Assembly (NCBI GenBank): GCA_963790415.1
Contig: CAWBOK010000003.1
Coordinates: 799,273-863,272, forward strand
Source: an uncultured Actinomycetota bacterium
GTDB lineage: Bacteria; Actinomycetota; Thermoleophilia; RBG-16-64-13
DNA length: 64,000 nt
Direction of reading: 5' to 3'
Part shown: positions 1-8,909 of the stretch, piece by piece
How positions within the stretch are numbered: position 1 is the stretch's first letter
Layout of the letters: every line of letters starts with the position of its first letter
Notes under the pieces: generated by a model
What the model was told of the DNA's origin: nothing
Seen by the model: only the letters and a program-made list of their open reading frames with translations
Databases searched by the model: none
Translations under genes and position numbers: made by a program

Positions 1-1
1 C

Positions 2-1330
2 GTGGCGCAGGTCGGGCACGCTGAAGGTAGCGTGCTGCAGGATCCCCGTGTGATCGGTCAGCCGCCGCAGGTGGTCGAGGTTGAGTTCGGGCACGTCGGC
101 GAAGTCGGCCTTCAGGGTGCGCGAACTGAAGACGTAGCCCGACTGACGCGTGCGTTCCTCCCTCGCCTCCGCGAACACCTGCAGATACTGCTGCGCCACC
201 TCGGGCCACACCGCGTCTCGGGCGAACAAGTAGGCCCGCTTGCGCATGGCATTGGCCTCGACGGCATTGTCGAAGAGGTCGATCACCTGGGTCGCGATCG
301 CATCCGAGTCGTCGAACGGCACAAGGCGACCCCGTTCCTCGGCCAGCATCTCGGCGGCATACCAGTACGGGGTGGAGACGATGGCCTTGCCCGCGCCCAT
401 CGCGTAGGCCAGGGTGCCCGACGAGATCTGGGCTTCGTTGACGTAGGGCGTGACGTAGACATCGCCGGCCCCAAGGAACTCCCGAAGCTCTTGGGGGTCG
501 ACGAAGCGGTTCTGGAAGATGACGTTGCCGGCCACCCCCAGGCTCTTGGCCAGCTGTTGAAGCGACAGTCGGTAGGACTCTCCGTCATGCCGCAGCACGT
601 GCGGGTGGGTCACACCCAGAACGATGTAGACGGTCTCGGGATAGCGCTCCACGATCGCCGGGAGCGCGCGCACCATGTGCTCGAGCCCCTTGTTGGGCGA
701 GAGCAGGCCGAAGGTGAGGATCACCCGTCGTCCTTCGACGCCGAACTGGTCCTTGTAGTAGTTGGGATCCACGAACGCGACATCGGGGATGCCGTGGTGG
801 ATGAAGGCGATCTTCTCCTCGGGGACCTGGTAGATGTCCCGCAGGAAATCCCCGGCCGTGTGGCTGAGCACGACCAGCCGGTCGGAAAGTCCGGCCAGTT
901 TGCGCAGAGTCTCCAGCTGCCCGGGCGAGGGATCTTTCAGCACGGTGTGGAGCGTGGTGACGACCGGCATCCGCAGTTCGCCGATCAGCCGAAGGATGTA
1001 CCGACCATCGGCGCCGCCGAAGATACCGTACTCGTGCTGCAGGCAGGCGACGTCCACCTGGTTCATATTGAGAAACTCGGCGGCCAGGCGGTAGTCGGTG
1101 AGGCGCGACTCGTTCAGTTCGAAGCGCACCTGTTGCGGGTAGCGATACCCGGCGGCCACGTCGTTCATGACCACCGTCCAGAAGGCGGACTGAGGCGATT
1201 GTTCGGCGAGCGCGTCAGCCAGATCGGCGGTGAAGGTGGCGATACCGCAGCGCCGAGGCGTGTGGTTACCGATGAGGGCCACTTTGTTGAGGCCGAAGTC
1301 CGCCTGCTCCGACGGCGTCATGCTGCTCAT
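2..1330 (-). CDS. Glycosyltransferase family 4 (group-1 glycosyl transferase) with C-terminal extension; 3' end runs off the left window edge
   Basis: Absent from the supplied ORF track because its stop lies beyond position 1. My translation of the minus strand from ATG 1330-1328 gives MSSMTPSEQADFGLNKVALIGNHTPRRCGIATFTADLA...LQHEYGIFGG...RRVILTFGLLSPNKGLEHMVRA...GDVYVTPYVNEAQISSGTLAYAMGAGKAIVSTP, a typical GT4 layout. The listed + ORF 2..1354 is its codon-registered antisense shadow. Confidence 0.8.
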   Translation of the reverse strand, partial: MSSMTPSEQADFGLNKVALIGNHTPRRCGIATFTADLADALAEQSPQSAFWTVVMNDVAAGYRYPQQVRFELNESRLTDYRLAAEFLNMNQVDVACLQHEYGIFGGADGRYILRLIGELRMPVVTTLHTVLKDPSPGQLETLRKLAGLSDRLVVLSHTAGDFLRDIYQVPEEKIAFIHHGIPDVAFVDPNYYKDQFGVEGRRVILTFGLLSPNKGLEHMVRALPAIVERYPETVYIVLGVTHPHVLRHDGESYRLSLQQLAKSLGVAGNVIFQNRFVDPQELREFLGAGDVYVTPYVNEAQISSGTLAYAMGAGKAIVSTPYWYAAEMLAEERGRLVPFDDSDAIATQVIDLFDNAVEANAMRKRAYLFARDAVWPEVAQQYLQVFAEAREERTRQSGYVFSSRTLKADFADVPELNLDHLRRLTDHTGILQHATFSVPDLRH

Positions 1331-1420
1331 CGGCTGGTGGAGGGGATCGTATGAATAGACACAAAAGTCTCAGTTGGCATGGATCTGCTCTGCTTCCTGG
1401 CCGTAGCCTCGCGCGCGATC

Positions 1421-1459
1421 AAAATGACTAGAGGCGCCGGGTTGCCCCGACGCCTCTAG
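1421..1459 (-). terminator. Intrinsic terminator downstream of the RRM gene
   Basis: On minus-strand RNA there is a 14-bp stem CUAGAGGCGUCGGG/CCCGGCGCCUCUAG with one G-U pair (a C-A mismatch on the plus strand). It has a GCAA tetraloop and is followed by UCAUUUUGA. It lies about 40 nt after the stop at 1503. Confidence 0.6.
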
Positions 1460-1502
1460 TATGCGCCTCAGAGTGAAGCGACTAAACTCCAGTGAGGAGT
1501 GA

Positions 1503-1850
1503 CTACCAGCGGTTGCCGCCGCCGCCGCCGTAGCCGCCGCCACCGCCGCCGCCACCGTAGCCGCCGCCGCCACTGCGGCCGCCGCCGCCGGAGCGGGGCT
1601 CACGTTCCTTGGCTACGTCGACCTTGATCGCGCGGCCACCGAGGTCGGTTCCGTCAAGAGCCGCCTTCGCTGCCTGCGCTTCGGCGTCCGAACCCATCTC
1701 TACGAAACCGAAGCCCTTGGGGCGGCCGGTGTCGCGATCGGTGATCAGGGCGACCGAGGTGACCGAGCCATGAGTCGCAAACAGCGCCTCGATGGTGGAC
1801 TCCGTGGTTTCGTACGTGAGGTTGCCCACGTACAATTTCGACTGACTCAT
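1503..1850 (-). CDS. RNA-binding protein with RRM (RNP-1) domain and Gly-rich C-terminal tail
   Basis: MSQSKLYVGNLTYETTE...RPKGFGFVEM (RNP-2 and RNP-1 motifs), then GGGGRSGGGGYGGGGGGGGYGGGGG. The ATG at 1850 is preceded by GGAGGG. The track ORF 1503..1904 starts too early. Confidence 0.85.
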   Translation of the reverse strand: MSQSKLYVGNLTYETTESTIEALFATHGSVTSVALITDRDTGRPKGFGFVEMGSDAEAQAAKAALDGTDLGGRAIKVDVAKEREPRSGGGGRSGGGGYGGGGGGGGYGGGGGNRW

Positions 1851-1975
1851 CTTTTCCCTCCGTTGCAGAATGACCGTACGGCACGCGAGTGAGGAGAACT
1901 GCAAACGGAGCGATGAGAACGGTGAGGAGCTCGGCGCGGCGCCTGGAGAAGGATCCTTGTCGGATGCTGGAACCC

Positions 1976-1984
1976 ACTATACCA
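1976..1984 (-). promoter_or_regulatory. Candidate extended -10 promoter (TGGTATAGT) for the RRM gene
   Basis: The minus strand reads TGGTATAGT, about 125 nt upstream of the ATG. There is no strong -35. Prediction from sequence only. Confidence 0.3.
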
Positions 1985-2052
1985 CACCTTCTCGGACGGC
2001 GTGTCGTCTGCCGCTACGCTTGGAGCGGTCGTCACGCTTGAGCGCCCGCCAC

Positions 2053-3117
2053 TCAATCAGGTGCGTCAGGTGGCGGCTCGGCCTTCCGCCCGTACCCGAC
2101 GATGTTCGAAAACGGGGCGGTGTCCGGCCACGACTCGATCAGGAACAGGACTGCGAGGGTCAAGGGCACCGACAGAAGGGCGCCGACCGGCCCGAGGATG
2201 AAGGCCCACACCAGGACGGAGATCATCAGCATGAACGGCTGTAGGTTCAGTCCTCCCCCCATGAGGCGGGGCTGCACGATGTTGCTCACCGCTCCGTTGA
2301 TGACGATGAACACCACGATCACCACGATGGCTTTGTCCACGCCGAATTCGAGCAGCGCGAAGATAGCCGGCCCGATCAGCGAGATGACGAAGCCGATGTT
2401 GGGGATGAAGCCGAGGAAGAAGGAGAGGACGCCCCACAGTACCGCGAACTCCACCCCCATCCAGAGCAGGAAGACGGTGTTGAACAAGGCCACCAGGAAG
2501 TTGATGATCGCGGTCAGGGTCAGCCACTTCCTCAGTCTGGTGGTGAAGGCCGCGAAGTGGTCGTAGGTGGCCGGGGTGACCAGGGCCGCCAACCGCTTCC
2601 CAAAGCCGGTCACATCGAGGAGCATGAACGCCAAGATGAAGAGAGTGAAGACGAAGCTGCTGATGCTGCCGACCAGCCACGCTACGACACTCAGGGCTGC
2701 CCGAATCAGAGCGTCCGGGTTGGCGATCTTCTGCGACGTGGATGATGCCGAATCGCTACTGAAGCCCAGTGATTGAAGTGCGCTCTGTGCGTTCTCCTGG
2801 AAGCCCGCCAGCTGGTCACTGTACTGAGGAATCGACTTGACCAGGCTGGCGAACGAGACGGCCAGCAGCAGCAAGAGCCCCAGCACAGCCGCGAGCACGC
2901 ATAGGACGACAATGAGGAAGGCCGCCCACCGGGGGAGACCCTTGCGCATGAGCCAGAGTTCCCCGGGTCCGAGGACGATCACCATGACGAGTGCGAGGAT
3001 GATGCCGCTCAGGACATCCTGCATGCCCTTCATACCGGCCAGCACGACCACGGCCGACGCGAGCGTCAGTAGGAAGATGAGGAGCCCCGGCAGAACTCGT
3101 GATTGTCTCTCCACCAT
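2053..3117 (-). CDS. AI-2E family transporter (PerM/UPF0118)
   Basis: 354 aa polytopic membrane protein with the family-typical C-terminal half (FLGFIPNIGFVISLIGPAI...NIVQPRLMG). GGAGGGGG RBS before the ATG at 3117. Confidence 0.8.
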   Translation of the reverse strand: MVERQSRVLPGLLIFLLTLASAVVVLAGMKGMQDVLSGIILALVMVIVLGPGELWLMRKGLPRWAAFLIVVLCVLAAVLGLLLLLAVSFASLVKSIPQYSDQLAGFQENAQSALQSLGFSSDSASSTSQKIANPDALIRAALSVVAWLVGSISSFVFTLFILAFMLLDVTGFGKRLAALVTPATYDHFAAFTTRLRKWLTLTAIINFLVALFNTVFLLWMGVEFAVLWGVLSFFLGFIPNIGFVISLIGPAIFALLEFGVDKAIVVIVVFIVINGAVSNIVQPRLMGGGLNLQPFMLMISVLVWAFILGPVGALLSVPLTLAVLFLIESWPDTAPFSNIVGYGRKAEPPPDAPD

Positions 3118-3258
3118 CTCGGTCCCCCTCCTGCGGCCTAACGGTCTTCGTACGTCAGCGAGTCTATCTCAGCCGGCAACGGAAAGGAAAGCGTATCGCT
3201 GTGTCCGAGCTTTGCGTCACCCGGTACGGATGCGCGCCGGGCGTCTCTAGACATGCGG

Positions 3259-3285
3259 GCGGCGCGGCCCTCGGGGCCGCGCCGC
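3259..3285 (-). terminator. GC-rich 12-bp perfect hairpin without U-tract
   Basis: GCGGCGCGGCCC-TCG-GGGCCGCGCCGC. It lies between repeat copy 1 and the AI-2E gene. Its function (terminator or RNA stabiliser) is inferred. Confidence 0.3.
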
Positions 3286-3330
3286 GTTGAAACTCCGCTC
3301 CGTTACGGATCGTGCCGAAGGATCTCCTAG

Positions 3331-3495
3331 CAGGCTGTTGAAAAGTGACGCTTCGCCATCAGGGCGCGATGGGCACGCGTGAGACAAGGACGCAGGGAGC
3401 GCTCGTAGCAGCGCTACGTGCGCGACCGAGGACGTCGTATCGCGCCGGCCAGTGCGTTCTGGGGGCCAAGGCTTCGATCTGCAACAGCCTCCTAG
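3331..3495 (+). repeat. Nested-palindrome interspersed element, long form (165 bp), copy 1
   Basis: Near-identical to 17182..17346. Termini are CAGGCTGTTGAA...CAACAGCCTCCTAG, flanked by CTAG on both sides. The terminal TAG (minus strand, 3492-3494) is the stop codon of the DUF1269 gene. Confidence 0.9.
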
Positions 3496-3983
3496 GCTTC
3501 GGCGCCGTGCAGTGCGTCCTGGATCTCCTTCTCCTGCTCTTCGGAGAGGGAGGTCTTGATCACCGTGCCGCCGTACTTGGAGAGACCGGCGAGGGCTTTG
3601 TCGGTGGTCATCTGCTCGAGGATCATGAAGAGCGCCGAGGTGCCGGGCTTGATCTGATCCCGGACCTGATCCTGGAACTGCTTGTCGATGCTCGACTTGC
3701 CCAGCTTGCCGAAGAGCGCCCCAAGACCGGCGCCGATGGCCATACCCAGGACTGGCACGAAGAAGAGGATCCCGAAGAAGAACCCCCAGAACATGCCCCA
3801 GGTGGCTCCTCCGCCGACGATGTGCTGGTTGGTGATGGTCTTGTACTTGCCTTCCTCGTCCCGGATGATCGCCGCGATGGCATCGGGCTGGATGACCAGG
3901 TCTTTGGCCAGGCGTCCGGCCTCGTCCATGGCCGCGAGGGCCGTCGTGGTGTCGTCGTAGCCGATTGCGATCAGATCTGCCAT
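3492..3983 (-). CDS. DUF1269 family membrane protein
   Basis: MADLIAIGYDDTTTALAAMDEAGRLAKDLVIQPDAIAAIIRDEEGKYK... followed by a Gly-rich TM segment, matching the DUF1269 pattern. Confidence 0.75.
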   Translation of the reverse strand: MADLIAIGYDDTTTALAAMDEAGRLAKDLVIQPDAIAAIIRDEEGKYKTITNQHIVGGGATWGMFWGFFFGILFFVPVLGMAIGAGLGALFGKLGKSSIDKQFQDQVRDQIKPGTSALFMILEQMTTDKALAGLSKYGGTVIKTSLSEEQEKEIQDALHGAEA

Positions 3984-4061
3984 GCTTCTTCCTTCCGTCC
4001 GATTCCTAGAACGGGTTAGAAATCCCCGATTCAGCAGGGGTGTAAACCACCGTCCGCCTGC

Positions 4062-5262
4062 TCAGCTCGTCTCCGTCGTCGAATCTGGGAGCGTCGTCGA
4101 AGCCGGGAGCGTCGTCGCGGATGGCCCCTTGGAGATGGCGACGGTCACGGTGGCCCCCGGGGCCGTCTGCAGACCCTTCGACGGGGCTTGGCCCAGAACC
4201 TGACCGGACGGAACCGTGTCGCTGTAGGCCTCCAACACTTCTACCACCAGGCCCGCGGCCTCCAGGGTGGTCGTGGCCTCGGCCTGTGTCATGCCTTTGA
4301 CGTCCGGGATGGTCACGGCGTTCGCGGGCGCGGGTCCGTTGGATAGGGTTATCTCGATCGTCACGCCCGCGTCCGCATACACACCGCCGGGAGGGGTTTG
4401 CGCCAGAACGGTGCCCGTGGCAACGGTCGGGCTGTAGGCCTGATCGGTGCCTGACTGCGAAACCGGCGTCTTTCAGGAGCTTGGTTGCGTCCGCCTCACT
4501 CTTGCCCACCGTGTCCGGCACCTGAGCTACCGACAGCGGGCCTTTCGAGACGCTCAGAGTGACGGCGGCGCCGCTACCCAGCGCGACACCCGCTGCCGGG
4601 GACTGGCTCGCCACCTGCCCGGAGGGTGTGTCGCTGAATACTTCGGTGGCCGCTGTTGTGAACCCGGCGTCTTTGAGGGCCTTCTCGGCATCGGCCTTCG
4701 TCTTGCCTACCACGTTGGGCACGGTCGTAACAGCCGGGCCCATTGACAGCTTGAGGTCGACGCCCGCGCCGAGGGCGGCGATCTCCTTGGCCGGCGGTGT
4801 CTGGGCGATCACCTGGCCCACCGGGATCTTCGCGTCGGCGATCTGCTCGACTTTGCCCACGCGCAGTCCCGCCGCCTGGATGTCGGTGATCGCGTCTCCC
4901 TGGGTCTTGCCCACCACGTCCGGCGTTGGCACCCCTGCGTCACCCGCGAGGACGATATCCACGGCGGCGCCTTTTTCCACCGTGGTCGCGGCGGCCGGCG
5001 TCTGGTTCAGCACCCTCCCTTTTTGGACGGTCGTCTGGACGCCGTTCTGATAGACCACCCACACCAGCTCGAGCCCGCCCTTGCCCAGGGCATCGCGGGC
5101 TTCTTGCTCGGTCAAGCCGAACAGGTTGGGAACGGCCACCTCCTTGGGCGACGAGCATCCGCCAAGCAGCAGCGCGGCCATCGCCAGGACGGCACCCAAT
5201 CCCACCGCCAACCTCCTTGCGGATCGACGGACGGCGTGGTCCGGGGGTGATGTGCGGTTCAT
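4062..5262 (-). pseudogene. Secreted lipoprotein made of five PASTA domains, no catalytic domain; one frameshift
   Basis: Signal peptide plus lipobox LLGGC. Five repeats of the VPxVVGxTxxxAxxxLxxAGL...G.V..Q.P type. The frame changes near 4448-4456 (track ORFs 4006..5262 and 4062..4382 join as ...KDAGFAV/GTDQAYSPTVATG...). AAGGAGG RBS. Confidence 0.75.
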
Positions 5263-5298
5263 GTGGTGCCTCCTTGCGATGACGCTGTCATATATTCC

Positions 5299-5376
5299 TC
5301 GCGCGACCGCGGGCCGAGTATCCTGTGGCGCGTGTAGCCTGCATGCCCAGGTCGGCCTCAGCGAGCGGTCGCGCGA
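5299..5376 (-). other. Long-range 12-bp perfect inverted repeat with nested 6-bp stem in the intergenic leader
   Basis: TCGCGCGACCGC (5299-5310) pairs with GCGGTCGCGCGA (5365-5376). The inner pair is GGCCGA/TCGGCC. It lies between the small membrane gene and the PASTA lipoprotein gene. Confidence 0.35.
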
Positions 5377-5389
5377 AGCGGGATCCGGG

Positions 5390-5677
5390 TTAGGCGGTGC
5401 GGCCCGGGATCCGGTCGCGGTTACCGTAGCCGGAGCCCGACCACGAGCCGATGTCGATGATCACGGCGAGCGCGATCCACACGTAATCGAACCCGTTGAC
5501 GCCGTTGGTCGCGACGGCGACCCACATAAGGGTGGTCCATGGGGCGATCAAAAAGCCGATGATAGGCCAGAGCCACGAAGAGAAGGCAAGATCCCAGCGC
5601 ACCGGCTGGAAGATCCACCAGAAGATGATCCCGGCCCGGGGGCCTAGGAGGACGAGGGTAGAGACGGCACAGCACAT
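5390..5677 (-). CDS. Small Trp-rich membrane protein (hypothetical)
   Basis: 95 aa with 2-3 predicted TM segments. AAGGAG RBS 9 nt upstream of the ATG. High GC3. Confidence 0.55.
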   Translation of the reverse strand: MCCAVSTLVLLGPRAGIIFWWIFQPVRWDLAFSSWLWPIIGFLIAPWTTLMWVAVATNGVNGFDYVWIALAVIIDIGSWSGSGYGNRDRIPGRTA

Positions 5678-5797
5678 AGTGGGAATCTCCTTTGGCAGTA
5701 GGCGGATTCGTCGCGGGGCGCCGCCATCGCAACAGGCCGTTCTCCTGGCGGAGACGGCGCCTGCGATGCACGGGCGCTCCCGGGCTAGGGCGGCATA

Positions 5798-7105
5798 TCA
5801 GGTACCCCGGTGGGACGACGGCGTTGCCAAACCCCGGCGTGCGTGAACCTCCACGACGGATTCGAGCTCGGGGCTTCCCGGCGGGAACGACTCGGCCCGG
5901 CGTCCGTACCAGGCGGCCACCGGGCCAGCCGACACTCCGTGGAGGATCACGCTGAAGAGGACCGTCCAGCCGGCCGTCACGAGCAGCAGGCCGGTGTCGA
6001 TGCCGGCTTCGCCGAGACTGGTGAGCGCCATCAACAGGAACACCACGCTCGCCAGCCCGCGCGGCCCGAACCAGCCGATGAACAGGGTGGTCGACCAGTG
6101 GACCTTCTTGCCCAGAAGTGCCAGCGCCACCGGGACCATGCGGATGAGCGTGAGGCTGAGGAGCGCGTACACGATGGGTCTCCACTGCAATCCCTCGTGG
6201 AGAAGGATCGGACCCACAGCCGCGCCGAACAAGAACCACACGGTCAGGCTGAGCAGCGTGCCCGTCTCCTCGGAGAACCGGGCGGCCGCGTGGGCGGTGT
6301 CGCGCGCCAGCGCGCCGAACGCGAGCCCGGCGATGAAGGCGGCGATGAAACCGTTTCCGTGGATGAGAACCGCGCCTACGTAGGCGAGGAGCGCGAGACC
6401 GAGGGCCGCGAACTCCCGCGAGGCGGCCGACGACCAGCCCAACTTCTTGGAACTGCGCAGCAGGAGGCCGCCCGCCATTCCGACCACGATGCCGGCCGCC
6501 GCCCCTAGGCCGATCTCGCGGACGGCCTCCACGACGGGGCCCGTGGCGTGCTCGGTGTCGGCGATCACCACGGCGATGAGGAGGGTGACGAGCGGCGCCG
6601 CGATGCCGTCGTTCAGGCCGCTCTCGACGTTCAGCTCCCGGCGCACCCGGTTCGGGACCCGGGGGTTCTTGAACATGGCCAGGCCCAGGGACAGGTCGGT
6701 CGGAGCCAGGATCGCGGCGGTGAGCGCGCAGAGGCCGACCGCCATGGTGGGTAGGAGCAGATAGGCGGTCACACCTCCGAGAAGCACGGTGAGCAGAAGA
6801 CCTATGAGCAGGAGGCGCACCGGCGTGCCCGCGTCGCGTCGAAGCGCGGCCAGATCTACGGTGGAGGCGTCGGAGAACAGGAGCAGTGTGAGCGTGACCA
6901 CGGCCGTCACGCGGACGATCTCAGAAAGGACACCCACATCGACGACAGACAGCGCCTCCGGGCTGAGTAGCAGTCCGAGCAGCAGGAAGACGATGGGGCC
7001 CGTCACCCACAGGTGCTCCAGCCGGGCGGCGACCAGCGAGTAGACCACGATCAGCCCAAGGAAGATCAGGAGGCCCGTCGTCACCATGGGCGGCGGTATT
7101 CCCAC
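5798..7105 (-). CDS. Cation:proton antiporter (CPA1/NhaP-type Na+/H+ exchanger)
   Basis: 435 aa polytopic protein with typical motifs (LSLGLAMFKNPRVP..., ESGLNDG, GPRGLASVVF). The start may be the GTG at 7105 or the ATG at 7087. Confidence 0.8.
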   Translation of the reverse strand: MGIPPPMVTTGLLIFLGLIVVYSLVAARLEHLWVTGPIVFLLLGLLLSPEALSVVDVGVLSEIVRVTAVVTLTLLLFSDASTVDLAALRRDAGTPVRLLLIGLLLTVLLGGVTAYLLLPTMAVGLCALTAAILAPTDLSLGLAMFKNPRVPNRVRRELNVESGLNDGIAAPLVTLLIAVVIADTEHATGPVVEAVREIGLGAAAGIVVGMAGGLLLRSSKKLGWSSAASREFAALGLALLAYVGAVLIHGNGFIAAFIAGLAFGALARDTAHAAARFSEETGTLLSLTVWFLFGAAVGPILLHEGLQWRPIVYALLSLTLIRMVPVALALLGKKVHWSTTLFIGWFGPRGLASVVFLLMALTSLGEAGIDTGLLLVTAGWTVLFSVILHGVSAGPVAAWYGRRAESFPPGSPELESVVEVHARRGLATPSSHRGT

Positions 7106-7175
7106 CGGCCGGCCTCGCTGGTCACGGGGGCCTTCTCAGGCGTATCCATCTGGCGCGCAGCCCGCTCCCCGATGA

Positions 7176-8909
7176 TCAGTCTGCTCCGGGAGCGCTGCGT
7201 CTCATCCAACGCCAGACCAGGCGAAGCACGATCAGGAACGTGATGATGAGAGAAACGGCGAAGCCCAGGGGCGCGATCTTGCCCAAGAGATCCCAGATGA
7301 AGCCGTGCATCTCAAGGGCGGCTATGCCGTAGCTCGCGATCGCCGAGCCGATAAGCATGCCCACCAGCATGATGGCGACGACTACCTCGCGCCCGAGCAG
7401 GCTCAGCTTGTCCACTTCCTTCGCGAGTTCCGAGGTGTCGATGGTCACCTCGAACCGCCCCTTCTGGTACTGGTCGAGCCATTTCACGGACGCCAGCGAG
7501 AGGTCGGGAAGGCGCTTGATCAACTCACTTGCTCCCGCCATCGCCTGCTTCTTGGCCTCGGCGACGATCTTCTCGGGTGTCACGACGTGTACGGCGAGTT
7601 CCTCCAGCATGGGCACACCCTCGGAGGTGAGGTCCTTCCCTGTGGAGAGCGCGCTCGCCACACTCTCGGTCTGCACGAGGGCCTTCACGGCCAAGGTGAG
7701 GTTCGGATCCAGCCGGAGGCCGTGTGCCCGCAGGATGTCGAAGCCCTCGTTGGCTATCTCGCCGAAGGAAGCGGGCGCGCCGCCGACCATGTAGCGCCCC
7801 ACTCGGCGTTTGAAGTCGCGATAGTAGGCCTTGTCATCCACATGGTCCAGGAAGGGGGTGCTCATGCCCCGCAGGACCCGGGCGATCCCGTCTACACTCC
7901 CTTGTTGGGCGGCCACGATCAGTTGGATCAGGTGCAGACGTTGTTGCACCTCGAGCTCCCCTACCATGCCGAGGTCGATGAAGGTGATCACGCCTGTCTC
8001 CAGGTTCACCAGGAGGTTCCCCGGGTGAGGATCGGCGTGGAAGAAGCCGTCGATGGGGAGCTGCTTGATCAAGGCGCGCAGGGCGTTTCGCGCGAGTTCC
8101 TCTCGGTCGAGCCCGGCCCGCTCGATGGCCTCGACATCGCTGACCTTCACGCCGTGGATGAACTCTTGGGTCAGGACCTTGGAGGTGGAGAGGTTGCCGA
8201 AGATGGCGGCGACGTGGACGCCGGGGAGCATCTCCAGGTTCTTCGCCAGACGGATACCGTTGTAGGCTTCGCCCCGGTAGTCGAGTTCATCGAGGACACC
8301 GTTGCCGAACTGTTCCAGCATACCCACGAGGTCGATGGAGCGGACGAGGTCCGACCGGCGCGAGATCACGCGGGCCGCGTTCTGCATGATGCCGATGTCG
8401 GCGCGCATCTCGGTGTAGATGTTCGGACGCTGCACCTTGACGGCCACCTCGGTGCCGTCGTGCAGGGTCGCTCGGTGGACCTGTGCCGTCGAGGCGGCGG
8501 CGAACGGCTCCGGGTCGAAGGTGGCGAAGAGTTCCTCGGGCGGCGCCCCGAGCTCTTCGATGATGCGCGCGCGCGCCAGCCTGCTCTCGAACGGGGGCAC
8601 GTTGCTCTGCAGCTTCTCGAGCTCGGTCGCCCACTCGACAGGGATGACCGACGCCTGGCTGGAGACGATCTGCCCGACCTTGACGTAGGTAGGCCCGAGC
8701 TCCTCGATCATGAGCCGCATCTTCACCGCGGTGCTGGGCGGCTCGTAGTCGGCGGGCAGACCCCACACCCACACTTGTAGGCGGTGGCGGATGTCGCCCA
8801 GGAGGCCCCAGCGGCTAAACGCGAAATCCCAACCGTAGCGCAGGAAGACGTTGTAGACCTGCTGCAGGCGCAGGTTCTCGCGCACTTTGTCCACGCCGGT
8901 GCGCCTCAC
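7176..8909 (-). CDS. ABC1/UbiB-family atypical protein kinase with C-terminal TM segments
   Basis: LGPTYVKVGQIVSSQ...AAASTAQVHRATLHDGTEVAVKVQRP...FHADPHPGNLLV. The GTG start overlaps the upstream stop (GTGA). Confidence 0.85.
   Translation of the reverse strand: MRRTGVDKVRENLRLQQVYNVFLRYGWDFAFSRWGLLGDIRHRLQVWVWGLPADYEPPSTAVKMRLMIEELGPTYVKVGQIVSSQASVIPVEWATELEKLQSNVPPFESRLARARIIEELGAPPEELFATFDPEPFAAASTAQVHRATLHDGTEVAVKVQRPNIYTEMRADIGIMQNAARVISRRSDLVRSIDLVGMLEQFGNGVLDELDYRGEAYNGIRLAKNLEMLPGVHVAAIFGNLSTSKVLTQEFIHGVKVSDVEAIERAGLDREELARNALRALIKQLPIDGFFHADPHPGNLLVNLETGVITFIDLGMVGELEVQQRLHLIQLIVAAQQGSVDGIARVLRGMSTPFLDHVDDKAYYRDFKRRVGRYMVGGAPASFGEIANEGFDILRAHGLRLDPNLTLAVKALVQTESVASALSTGKDLTSEGVPMLEELAVHVVTPEKIVAEAKKQAMAGASELIKRLPDLSLASVKWLDQYQKGRFEVTIDTSELAKEVDKLSLLGREVVVAIMLVGMLIGSAIASYGIAALEMHGFIWDLLGKIAPLGFAVSLIITFLIVLRLVWRWMRRSAPGAD

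Noticed and set aside
2-1354. 450-aa + strand ORF at the left edge
   Set aside because: The translation is Gly/Val/His/Arg/Glu-rich with no domain pattern. It is in codon register antisense to a clear GT4 glycosyltransferase on the minus strand, so it is a shadow ORF typical of high-G+C DNA.
7305-8780. Long antisense ORFs in the track (e.g. 7305..8780 +, 10398..11129 +, 12466..13587 -, 14401..15465 -, 19935..21515 -, 22441..24045 +, 26249..27427 +, 28962..30044 +, 35808..36773 +, 43214..44086 +, 47306..48451 +, 49965..51320 -, 57881..59239 -, 59809..60612 -, 60699..61832 -, 61235..62287 +)
   Set aside because: Each lies opposite or out of frame to a gene with clear family motifs and a sensible start and RBS. 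Their products are Arg/Gly/His/Pro-rich low-complexity strings, and their GC3 bias is weaker than on the partner strand.
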